Shown here one piece after another: positions 26,856 to 39,300 of a stretch of 64,000 nt of DNA. The notes beneath the pieces were generated by a model. That model was not told where the DNA came from. It saw only the letters and a program-made list of their open reading frames with translations, and did no database searches. Source of the stretch: Azolla caroliniana (lineage: Eukaryota; Plantae; Polypodiophyta); the NCBI GenBank assembly GCA_043228905.1, contig JBHGNT010000033.1, positions 248,518 through 312,517 of the forward strand, given 5' to 3'. Both the position numbers and the translations under genes were made by a program. Each line of letters begins with the position of its first letter. Within the stretch, counting starts at the first letter, position 1.

Positions 26856-29307
26856 ACTTGAGGAGGTACTTGAGAAGAGCCCGTGAGTCAATTATAATGT
26901 TCATACCTGGCTCGTGTGATATCGGATTTTTTTGTTCAAACATGCGTATCGAAGCTAACAACGCTAGCTATGATATAGAATTAAAAAATCAAGTATTTGA
27001 AACTCAGGTCGAGAGACATGAAGAAATTAGCAAATTTGAGGAGGTCCTTGAGAAGAGCTCGTGAGTCAATTATAATGTTCATACCTGGCTTTTGTGCTAT
27101 AGGATTTTTGTGTTCAAACATGCGTATCGAAGCTCATAACGCTAGCTATGATATAGAATTAAAAAATCGAGATTTTGTAACTGAGGTCGAGAGACATGAA
27201 GAAATTAGCAAACTTGAGGAGGTACTTGAGAAGAGCCCGTGAGTCAATTATAATGTTCATACTTGGCTCGTGTGATATCGGTTTTTTGTGTTCAAACATG
27301 CGTATCGAAGCTAACATCGCTAGTTATGATATAGAATTAAAAAATCTAGATTTTGAAACACAGGTCGAGAGACATGAAGAAATTAGCAAATTTGAGGAGG
27401 GGCTTTAGAAGAGCCCTTGAATAAATTAAAATGTTGATACCTGGCTCGTGTGCTATCGGATTTTTGTGTTCAAACATGCGTATCCAAGCTAACAACGCTA
27501 GCTATGATATGGAATTAAAAAATCGAGATTTTGAAACTCAGGTCGAGAGACATGAAGAAATTAGCAAATTTGAGGAGACATGAAGAAATTAGCAAATTTG
27601 AGGAGGTACTTGAGAAGAGCCCGTGAGTGAATTATAATGTTCATACCTGGCTCGTGTGATTTCGGATTTTTGTGTTCAAACATGAGTACTGAAGCTAACA
27701 ATGCTAGCTATGATATAGAATTAAAAAATCGAGATTTTGAAACTCAGGTCGAGAGACATGAAGAAATTAGCAAATTTGAGGAGGTACTTGAGAAGAGCCC
27801 GTGAGTGAATTATAATGTTCATACCTGGCCGTTGTGATATCGGATTTTTGTGTTCAAACATGAGTACTGAAGCTAACAACGCTAGCTATGATATAGAATT
27901 AAAAACTCGAGAGTTTAAAACTCAGGTCGAAAGACATGAAGAAATTAGCAAATATGAGGAGGTACTTGAGAAGAGCTCGTGAGTCAATTATAATGTCCCT
28001 ACCTGGGTCGTGTGCTATCGGATTTTTGTGTTCAAACATGCATATCGAAGCTAACAACGCTATCTATGATATAGAATTAAAAAATCGAGATTTTGAAACT
28101 CAGGTCGAGAGACATGAAGAAATTAGCAAATTTGAGGAGGTACTTGAGAAGAGCTCGTGACTCAATTATAATGTTCATACCTGGCTCGTGTGATATCGGA
28201 TTTTTGTGTTCAAACATGAGTATGGAAGCTCACAACGCTAGCTATGATATAGAATTAAAAAATCGAGATTTTGAAACTCAGGTGGAGAGACATGAAGAAA
28301 TTAGCAAACTTGAGGAGGTACTTGAGAAGAGCCCGTGAGTCAATTATAATGTTCATACCTGGCTCGTGTGATATCGGATTTTTGTGTTCAAACATGCGTA
28401 TCGAAGCTAACAACGCTAGCTATGATATAGAATTAAAAAAACAAGTTTTTGAAACTCAGGTCGAGAGACATGAAGAAATTAGCAAATTTGAGGAGGTCCT
28501 TGAGAAGAGCTCGTGAGTCAATTATAATGTTCATACCTGGCTTTTGTGCTATCGGATTTTTGTGTTCAAACATGCATATCGAAGCTCACAACGCTAGCTA
28601 TGATATAGAATTAAAAAATCGAGATTTTGAAACTCAGGTCAAGAGACATGAAGAAATTAGAAAACTTGAGGAGGTACTTGAGAAGAGCCCGTGAGTCAAT
28701 TATAATGTTCATACTTGGCTCGTGTGATATCGGATTTTTGTGTTCAAATATGCGTATCGAAGCTAACAACGCTAGCGATGATATAGAATTAAAAAATCAA
28801 GTTTTTGAAACTCAGGTCGAGAGACATGAAGAAATTAGCAAATTTGAGGAGGTATGAAGAAATTAGCAAATTTGAGGAGGTATCCAAGCTAACAACGCTA
28901 GCTATGATATGGAATTAAAAAATCGAGATTTTGAAATTCAGGTCGAGAGACATGAAGAAATTAGCAAATTTGAGGAGACATGAAGAAATTAGCAAATTTG
29001 AGGAGGTACTTGAGAAGAGCCCGTGAGTGAATTATAATGTTCATACCTGGCTCGTGTGATATCAGATTTTTGTGTTCAAACATGAGTACTGAAGCTAACA
29101 ATGCTAGATATGATATAGAATTAAAAAATCGAGATTTTGAAACTCAGGTCGAGAGACATGAAGAAATTAGCAAATTTGAGGAGGTACTTGAGAAGAGCCC
29201 GTGAGTGAATTATAATGTTCATACCTGGCCGTTGTGATATCGGATTTTTGTGTTCAAACATGAGTACTGAAGCTAACAACGCTAGCTATGATATAGAATT
29301 AAAAAAT
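26855..29307 (+). repeat. Subfamily A block (second copy; last A block in the window)
   Basis: A alleles, with a 28-bp duplication at 27580 and the compound cassette at about 28826-28979. Confidence 0.85.
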
Positions 29308-31114
29308 CAAGATATTGAAACTCAGGTCGAGAGACATGAAGAAATTAGCAAATTTGAGGAGGGACTTGAGAAGAGCGCGTGAGTCAATTAAAATGTTCAT
29401 ACCTGGCTCGTGTGATATCGGATTTTTGTGTTCAAACATGCGTATCGAAGCTAACAACGCTAGCTATGATATAGAATTAAAAAATCGAGATTCTGAAACT
29501 CAGGTCGAGAGACATGAAGAAATTAGAAAATTTGAGGAGGGACTTGAGAAGAGCGCGTGAGTCAATTAAAATGTTCATACCTGACTCGTGTGATATCGGA
29601 TTTTCGTGTTCAAACATGCGTATCGAAGCTAACAACGCTAGCTATGATATCGAATTAAAAAATCGAGATTCTGAAACTCAGGTCGAGAGACATGAAGAAA
29701 TTAGCAAATTTGAGGAGGGACTTGAGAAGAGCGCGTGAGTCAATTAAAATGTTCATACCTGGCTCGTGTGATATCGGATTTTTGTGTTCAAACATGCGTA
29801 TCGAAGCTAACAACGCTAGCTATGATATAGAATTAAAAAATCGAGATTCTGAAACTCAGGTCGAGAGACATGAAGAAATTAGGAAATTTGAGGAGGGAGT
29901 GAAGAGGAGCCAGTGAGTCAATTAAAATGTTCATACCTGGCTCGTGTGATATCGGATTTTTGTGTTTAAACATGCGTATCGAAGCTAACAACGCTAGCTA
30001 TGATATCGAATTAAAAAATCAAGATTTTGATACTCAGGTCGAGAGACATGAAGAAATTAGCAAATTTGAGGAGGGACTTGAGAAGAGCGCGTGAGTCAAT
30101 TAAAATGTTCATACCTGACTCGTGTGATATCGGATTTTCGTGTTCAAACATGCGTATCGAAGCTAACAACACTAGCTATGATATCGAATTAAAAAATCGA
30201 GATTCTGAAACTCAGGTCGAGAGACATGAAGAAATTAGAAAATTTGAGGAGGTACTTGAGAAGAGCGTGTGAGTCAATTAAAATGTTCATACCTGTGTCG
30301 TGTGATATCGGATTTTTGTGTTCAAACATGCTTTTAAAGCTAACAACGCTAGCTATCATATAGAATTAAAAAATCAAGATTTCGAAACTCAGGTCCAGAG
30401 ACATGAAAAAATTATCCAATTTGAGGAGGGACTTGAGAAGAGCGCGTGAGTCAATTAAAATGTTCATACCTGGCTCGTGTGATATCGGATTTTTGTGTTC
30501 AAACATGCGTATCGAAGCTAACAACGCTAGCTATGATATAGATTTAAAAAATCCAGAGTCTGAAACTCAGGTCGAGAGACATGAAGAAATTAGCAAATTT
30601 GAGGAGGGACTTGAGAAGAGCGCGTGAGTCAATTAAAATGTTCATACCTGGCTCGTGTGATATCGGATTTTTGTGTTCAAACATGCGTATCGAAGCTAAC
30701 AACGCTAGCTATGATATAGAATTAAAAAATCAAGATTTTGAAACTCAGGTCGAGAGACATGAAGAAATTAGCAAATTTGAGGAGGGACTTGAGAAGAGCG
30801 AGTGAGTCAATTAAAATGTTCATACCTGGCTCGTGTGATATCGGATTTTTGTGTTCAAACATGCGTATCGAAGCTAACAACGCTAGCTATGATATAGAAT
30901 TAAAAAATCGAGATTCTGAAACTCAGGTCGAGAGACATGAAGAAATTAGAAAATTTGAGGAGGGACTTGAGAAGAGCGCGTGAGTCAATTAAAATGTTCA
31001 TACCTGACTCGTGTGATATCGGATTTTCGTGTTCAAACATGCGTATCGAAGCTAACAACACTAGCTATGATATCGAATTAAAAAATCGAGATTCTGAAAC
31101 TCAGGTCGAGAGAC

Positions 31115-33200
31115 ATGAAGAAATTAGCAAATTTGAGGAGGGACTTGAGAAGAGCGCGTGAGTCAATTAAAATGTTCATACCTGGCTCGTGTGCTATCGG
31201 ATTTTTGTGGTCAAACATGCGTATCGAAGCTAACAACGCTAGCTATGATATAGATTTAAAAAATCGAAATTCTGAAACTCAGGTCGAGAGACATGAAGAA
31301 ACTAGAAAATTTGAGGAGGTACTTGAGAAGAGCCAGTGAGTCAATTAAAATGTTCATACCTGGCTCGTGTGATATCGGATTTTTGTGTTCAAACATGCGT
31401 ATCGAAGCTAACAACGCTAGCTATGATATAGATTTAAAAAATCGAGATTCTGAAACTCAGGTCGAGAGACATGAAGAAATTAGCAAATTTGAGGAGGGAC
31501 TTGAGAAGAGCGCGTGAGTCAATTAAAATGTTCATACCTGGCTAGTGTGATATCGGATTTTTGTGTTCAAACATGCGTATCGAAGCTAACAACGCTAGCT
31601 ATGATATCGAATTAAAAAATCAAGATTTTGAAACTCAGGTCGAGAGACATGACGAAATTAGCAAATTTGAGGAGGGACTTGAGAAGAGCGCGTGAGTCAA
31701 TTAAAATGTTCATACCTGGCTCGTGTGATATCGGATTTTTGTGTTCAAACATGCGTATCGAAGCTAACAACGCTAGCTATGATATGGAATTAAAAAATCA
31801 AGATTTTGAAACTCAGGTCGAGAGACATGAAGACATTAGCAAATTTGAGGAGGGACTTGAGAAGAGCGCGTGAGCAAATTAAAATGTTCATACCTGGCTC
31901 GTGTGCTATCGGATTTTTGTGTTCAAACATGCGTATCGAAGCTACCAACGCTAGCTATGATAGAGATTTAAAAAATCGAGATTCTGAAACTCAGGTAGAG
32001 AGACATGAAGAAATTAGCAAATTTGAGGAGGGACTTGAGAAGAGCGCGTGAGTCCATTAAAATGTTCATACCTGGGTAGTGTGATATCGGATTTTTGTGT
32101 TCAAACATGCATATCGAAGCTAACAACGCTAGCTATGATCTAGAATTAAAAAATGAAGATTTTGAAACTCAGGCCGACAGACATGAAGAAATTAGCAAAT
32201 TTGAGGAGGGACTTGAGAAGATCTCGTGACTAAATTAAAATGTTCATACCTGGCTCGTGTGATATCGGTTTTTTGTGTTCAAACATGCGTATCGAAGCTA
32301 ACATCGCTAGTTATGATATAGAATTAAAAAATCTAGATTTTGAAACACAGGTCGAGAGACATGAAGAAATTAGCAAATTTGAGGAGGGACTTGAGAAGAG
32401 CGCGTGAGTCAATTAAAATGTTCATACCTGGCTCGTGTGCTATCGGATTTTTGTGGTCAAACATGCGTATCGAAGCTAACAACGCTAGCTATGATATAGA
32501 TTTAAAAAATCGAAATTCTGAAACTCAGGTCGAGAGACATGAAGAAACTAGAAAATTTGAGGAGGTACTTGAGAAGAGCCAGTGAGTCAATTAAAATGTT
32601 CATACCTGGCTCGTGTGATATCGGATTTTTGTGTTCAAACATGCGTATCGAAGCTAACAACGCTAGCTATGATATAGATTTAAAAAATCGAGATTCTGAA
32701 ACTCAGGTCGAGAGACATGAAGAAATTAGCAAATTTGAGGAGGGACTTGAGAAGAGCGCGTGAGTCAATTAAAATGTTCATACCTGGCTAGTGTGATATC
32801 GGATTTTTGTGTTCAAACATGCGTATCGAAGCTAACAACGCTAGCTATGATATCGAATTAAAAAATCAAGATTTTGAAACTCAGGTCGAGAGACATGACG
32901 AAATTAGCAAATTTGAGGAGGGACTTGAGAAGAGCGCGTGAGTCAATTAAAATGTTCATACCTGGCTCGTGTGATATCGGATTTTTGTGTTCAAACATGC
33001 GTATCGAAGCTAACAACGCTAGCTATGATATGGAATTAAAAAATCAAGATTTTGAAACTCAGGTCGAGAGACATGAAGACATTAGCAAATTTGAGGAGGG
33101 ACTTGAGAAGAGCGCGTGAGCAAATTAAAATGTTCATACCTGGCTCGTGTGCTATCGGATTTTTGTGTTCAAACATGCGTATCGAAGCTAACAACGCTAG
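31115..33200 (+). repeat. HOR, 1246-bp period (7-mer), partial second copy
   Basis: Offsets 31293/32539, 31628/32874 and 31806/33052 are 1246. Shared rare alleles are GAAACTAGAAAA, CATGACGAAA and GAAGACATT. Confidence 0.85.
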
Positions 33201-33399
33201 CTATGATATAGATTTAAAAAATCGAGATTTTGAAACTCAGGTCGAGAGACATGAAGAAATTAGCGAATTTGACGAGGGACTTGAGAAGAGCGCGTGAGTC
33301 AATTAAAATGATCATACCTGGCTCGTGTGATATCGGATTTTTGTGTTCAAACATGCGTATCGAAGCTATCAAAGCTAGCTATGATATCGAATTAAAAAA

Positions 33400-36300
33400 T
33401 CAAGATATTGAAACTCAGGTCGAGAGACATGAAGAAATTAGCAAATTTGAGGAGGGACTTGAGAAGAGCGCGTGAGTCAATTAAAATGTTCATACCTGGC
33501 TCGTGTGATATCGGATTTTTGTGTTCAAACATGCGTATCGAAGCTAACAACGCTAGCTATGATATAGAATTAAAAAATCGAGATTCTGAAACTCAGGTCG
33601 AGATACATGAAGAAATTAGAAAATTTGAGGAGGGACTTGAGAAGAGCGCGTGAGTCAATTAAAATGTTCATACCTGACTCGTGTGATATCGGATTTTCGT
33701 GTTCAAACATGCGTATCGAAGCTAACAACACTAGCTATGATATCGAATTAAAAAATCGAGATTCTGAAACTCAGGTCGAGAGACATGAAGAAATTAGCAA
33801 ATTTGAGGAGGGACTTGAGAAGAGCGCGTGAGTCAATTAAAATGTTCATACCTGGCTCGTGTGATATCGGATTTTTGTGTTGAAACATGCGTATCGAAGC
33901 TAACAACGCTAGCTATGATATAGAATTAAAAAATCGAGATTCTGAAACTCAGGTCGAGAGACATGAAGAAATTAGGAAATTTGAGGAGGGAGTGAAGAAG
34001 AGCCAGTGAGTCAATTAAAATGTTCATACCTGGCTCGTGTGATATCGGATTTTTGTGTTTAAACATGCGTATCGAAGCTAACAACGCTAGCTATGATATC
34101 GAATTAAAAAATCAAGATTTTGATACTCAGGTCGAGAGACATGAAGAAATTAGCATATTTGAGGAGGGAGTGAAGAAGAGCGCGTGAGTCAATTAAAATG
34201 TTCATACCTGACTCGTGTGATATCGGATTTTCGTGTTCAAACATGCGTATCGAAGCTAACAACACTAGCTATGATATCGAATTAAAAAATCGAGATTCTG
34301 AAACTCAGGTCGAGAGACATGAAGAAATTAGAAAATTTGAGGAGGTACTTGAGAAGAGCGTGTGAGTCAATTAAAATGTTCATACCTGTGTCGTGTGATA
34401 TCGGATTTTTGTGTTCAAACATGCTTTTAAAGCTAAGAACGCTAGCTATGATATTGAATTAAAAAATCAAGATATTGAAACTCAGGTCCAGAGACATGAA
34501 GAAATTATCCAATTTGAGGAGGGACTTGAGAAGAGCGCGTGAGTCAATTAAAATGTTCATACCTGGCTCGTGTGATATCGGATTTTTGTGTTCAAACATG
34601 CGTATCGAAGCTAACAACGCTAGCTATGATATAGATTTAAAAAATCCAGAGTCTGAAACTCAGGTCGAGAGACATGAAGAAATTAGCAAATTTGAGGAGG
34701 GACTTGAGAAGAGCGCGTGAGTCAATTAAAATGTTCATACCTGACTCGTGTGATATCGGATTTTCGTGTTCAAACATGCGTATCGAAGCTAACCACACTA
34801 GCTATGATATAGAATTAAAAAATCGAGATTCTGAAACTCAGGTCGAGAGACATGAAGAAATTAGCAAATTTGAGGAGGGACTTGAGAAGAGCGCGTGAGT
34901 CAATTAAAATGTTCATACCTGACTCGTGTGATATCGGATTTTCGTGTTCAAACATGCGTATCGAAGCTAACAACACTAGCTATGATATCGAATTAAAAAA
35001 TCGAGATTCTGAAACTCAGGTCGAGAGACATGAAGAAATTAGAAAATTTGAGGAGGTACTTGAGAAGAGCGTGTGAGTCAATTAAAATGTTCATACCTGT
35101 GTCGTGTGATATCGGATTTTTGTGTTCAAACATGCGTATCGAAGCTAACAACGCTAGCTATCATATAGAATTAAAAAATCAAGATTTTGAAACTCAGGTC
35201 GAGAGACATGAAGAAATTAGCAAATTTGAGGAGGGACTTGAGAAGAGCGAGTGAGTCAATTAAAATGTTCATACCTGACTCGTGTGATATCGGATTTTCG
35301 TGTTCAAACATGCGTATCGAAGCTAACAACACTAGCTATGATATCGAATTAAAAAATCGAGATTCTGAAACTCAGGTCGAGAGACATGAAGAAATTAGAA
35401 AATTTGAGGAGGTACTTGAGAAGAGCGTGTGAGTCAATTAAAATGTTCATACCTGTGTCGTGTGATATCGGATTTTTGTGTTCAAACATGCTTTTAAAGC
35501 TAAGAACGCTAGCTATGATATTGAATTAAAAAATCAAGATTTCGAAACTCAGGTCCAGAGACATGAAAAAATTATCCAATTTGAGGAGGGACTTGAGAAG
35601 AGCGCGTGAGTCAATTAAAATGTTCATACCTGGCTCGTGTGATATCGGATTTTTGTGTTCAAACATGCGTATCGAAGCTAACAACGCTAGCTATGATATA
35701 GATTTAAAAAATCCAGAGTCTGAAACTCAGGTCGAGAGACATGAAGAAATTAGCAAATTTGAGGAGGGACTTGAGAAGAGCGCGTGAGTCAATTAAAATG
35801 TTCATACCTGACTCGTGTGATATCGGATTTTCGTGTTCAAACATGCGTATCGAAGCTAACAACACTAGCTATGATATAGAATTAAAAAATCGAGATTCTG
35901 AAACTCAGGTCGAGAGACATGAAGAAATTAGCAAATTTGAGGAGGGACTTGAGAAGAGCGCGTGAGTCAATTAAAATGTTCATACCTGACTCGTGTGATA
36001 TCGGATTTTCGTGTTCAAACATGCGTATCGAAGCTAACAACACTAGCTATGATATCGAATTAAAAAATCGAGATTCTGAAACTCAGGTCGAGAGACATGA
36101 AGAAATTAGAAAATTTGAGGAGGTACTTGAGAAGAGCGTGTGAGTCAATTAAAATGTTCATACCTGTGTCGTGTGATATCGGATTTTTGTGTTCAAACAT
36201 GCGTATCGAAGCTAACAACGCTAGCTATCATATAGAATTAAAAAATCAAGATTTTGAAACTCAGGTCGAGAGACATGAAGAAATTAGCAAATTTGAGGAG

Positions 36301-39300
36301 GGACTTGAGAAGAGCGAGTGAGTCAATTAAAATGTTCATACCTGGCTCGTGTGATATCGGATTTTTGTGTTCAAACATGCGTATCGAAGCTAACAACACT
36401 AGCTATGATATCGAATTAAAAAATCGGAATTCTGAAACTCAGGTCGAGAGACATGAAGAAATTAGCAAATTTGAGGAGGGACTTGAGAAGAGCGCGTGAG
36501 TCAATTAAAATGTTCATACCTGGCTCGTGTGATATCGGATTTTTGTGTTCAAACATGCGTATCGAAGCTAACAACGCTAGCTATGACATAGAATTAAAAA
36601 ATCAAGATTTTGAAACTCAGGTCGAGAGACATGAAGAAATTAGCAAATTTGAGGAGGGACTTGAGAAGAGCGAGTGAGTCAATTAAAATGTTCATACCTG
36701 GCTCGTGTGATATCGGATTTTTGTGTTCAAACATGCGTATCGAAGCTAACAACGCTAGCTATGATATAGAATTAAAAAATCGAGATTCTGAAACTCAGGT
36801 CGAGAGACATGAAGAAATTAGAAAATTTGAGGAGGGACTTGAGAAGAGCGCGTGAGTCAATTAAAATGTTCATACCTGACTCGTGTGATATCGGATTTCC
36901 GTGTTCAAACATGCGTATCGAAGCTAACAACACTAGCTATGATATCGAATTAAAAAATCGAGATTCTGAAACTCAGGTCGAGAGACATGAAGAAATTAGA
37001 AAATTTGAGGAGGTACTTGAGAAGAGCGTGTGAGTCAATTAAAATGTTCATACCTGTGTCGTGTGATATCGGATTTTTGTGTTCAAACATGCGTATCGAA
37101 GCTAACAACGCTAGCTATGATATAGAATTAAAAAATCAAGATTTTGAAACTCAGGTCGAGACCCATGAAAAAATTAGCAAATTTGAGGAGGGACTTGAGA
37201 AGAGCGAGTGAGTCAATTAAAATGTTCATACCTGGCTCGTGTGCTATCGGATTTTTGTGTTCAAACATGCGTATCGAAGCTAACAACACTAGCTATGATA
37301 TCGAATTAAAAAATCGGAATTCTGAAACTCAGGTCGAGAGACATGAAGAAATTAGAAAATTTGAGGAGGTACTTGAGAAGAGCGTGTGAGTCAATTAAAA
37401 TGTTCATACCTGTGTCGTGTGATATCGGATTTTTGTGTTCAAACATGCGTATCGAAGCTAACAACGCTAGCTATGTTATAGAATTAAAAAATCAAGCTTC
37501 TGAAACTCAGGTCGAGAACCATGAAGAAATTAGCAAATTTTAGGAGGGACTTGAGAAGAGCGCGTGAGTCAATTAAAATGTTCATACCTGTGTCGTGTGA
37601 TATCGGATTTTTGTGTTCAAACATGCGTATCGAAGCTAACAACGCTAGCTATCATATAGAATTAAAAAATGAAGATATTGAAACTCAGGTCGAGAGACAT
37701 GAAGAAATTAGCAAATTTGAGGAGGGACTTGAGAAGAGCGCGTGAGTCAATTAAAATGTTCATACCTGGCTCGTGTGATATCGGATTTTTGTGTTCAAAC
37801 ATGCGTATCGAAGCTAACAACGCTAGCTATGATATAGAATTAAAAAATCGAGATTCTGAAACTCAGGTCGAGATACATGAAGAAATTAGAAAATTTGAGG
37901 AGGGACTTGAGAAGAGCGCGTGAGTCAATTAAAATGTTCATACCTGACTCGTGTGATATCGGATTTTCGTGTTCAAACATGCGTATCGAAGCTAACAACA
38001 CTAGCTATGATATCGAATTAAAAAATCGAGATTCTGAAACTCAGGTCGAGAGACATGAAGAAATTAGCAAATTTGAGGAGGGACTTGAGAAGAGCGCGTG
38101 AGTCAATTAAAATGTTCATACCTGGCTCGTGTGATATTGGATTTTTGTGTTGAAACATGCGTATCGAAGCTAACAACGCTAGCTATGATATAGAATTAAA
38201 AAATCGAGATTCTGAAACTCAGGTCGAGAGACATGAAGAAATTAGGAAATTTGAGGAGGGAGTGAAGAAGAGCCAGTGAGTCAATTAAAATGTTCATACC
38301 TGGCTCGTGTGATATCGGATTTTTGTGTTTAAACATGCGTATCGAAGCTAACAACGCTAGCTATGATATCGAATTAAAAAATCAAGATTTTGATACTCAG
38401 GTCGAGAGACATGAAGAAATTAGCAAATTTGAGGAGGGAGTGAAGAAGAGCGCGTGAGTCAATTAAAATGTTCATACCTGACTCGTGTGATATCGGATTT
38501 TCGTGTTCAAACATGCGTATCGAAGCTAACAACACTAGCTATGATATCGAATTAAAAAATCGAGATTCTGAAACTCAGGTCGAGAGACATGAAGAAATTA
38601 GAAAATTTGAGGAGGTACTTGAGAAGAGCGTGTGAGTCAATTAAAATGTTCATACCTGTGTCGTGTGATATCGGATTTTTGTGTTCAAACATGCTTTTAA
38701 AGCTAAGAACGCTAGCTATGATATTGAATTAAAAAATCAAGATATTGAAACTCAGGTCCAGAGACATGAAGAAATTATCCAATTTGAGGAGGGACTTGAG
38801 AAGAGCGCGTGAGTCAATTAAAATGTTCATACCTGGCTCGTGTGATATCGGATTTTTGTGTTCAAACATGCGTATCGAAGCTAACAACGCTAGCTATGAT
38901 ATAGATTTAAAAAATCCAGAGTCTGAAACTCAGGTCGAGAGACATGAAGAAATTAGCAAATTTGAGGAGGGACTTGAGAAGAGCGCGTGAGTCAATTAAA
39001 ATGTTCATACCTGACTCGTGTGATATCGGATTTTCGTGTTCAAACATGCGTATCGAAGCTAACCACACTAGCTATGATATAGAATTAAAAAATCGAGATT
39101 CTGAAACTCAGGTCGAGAGACATGAAGAAATTAGCAAATTTGAGGAGGGACTTGAGAAGAGCGCGTGAGTCAATTAAAATGTTCATACCTGACTCGTGTG
39201 ATATCGGATTTTCGTGTTCAAACATGCGTATCGAAGCTAACAACACTAGCTATGATATCGAATTAAAAAATCGAGATTCTGAAACTCAGGTCGAGAGACA

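Larger units (their letters stand above)
22127..31842 (+). repeat. Near-identical tandem duplication with a 4987-bp period spanning the A/B junction
   Basis: Offsets 22209/27196, 22949/27936, 23640/28627, 24328/29315, 25751/30738, 26306/31293 and 26641/31628 are all 4987 (= 27x178 + 154 + 28 - 1). Confidence 0.92.
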
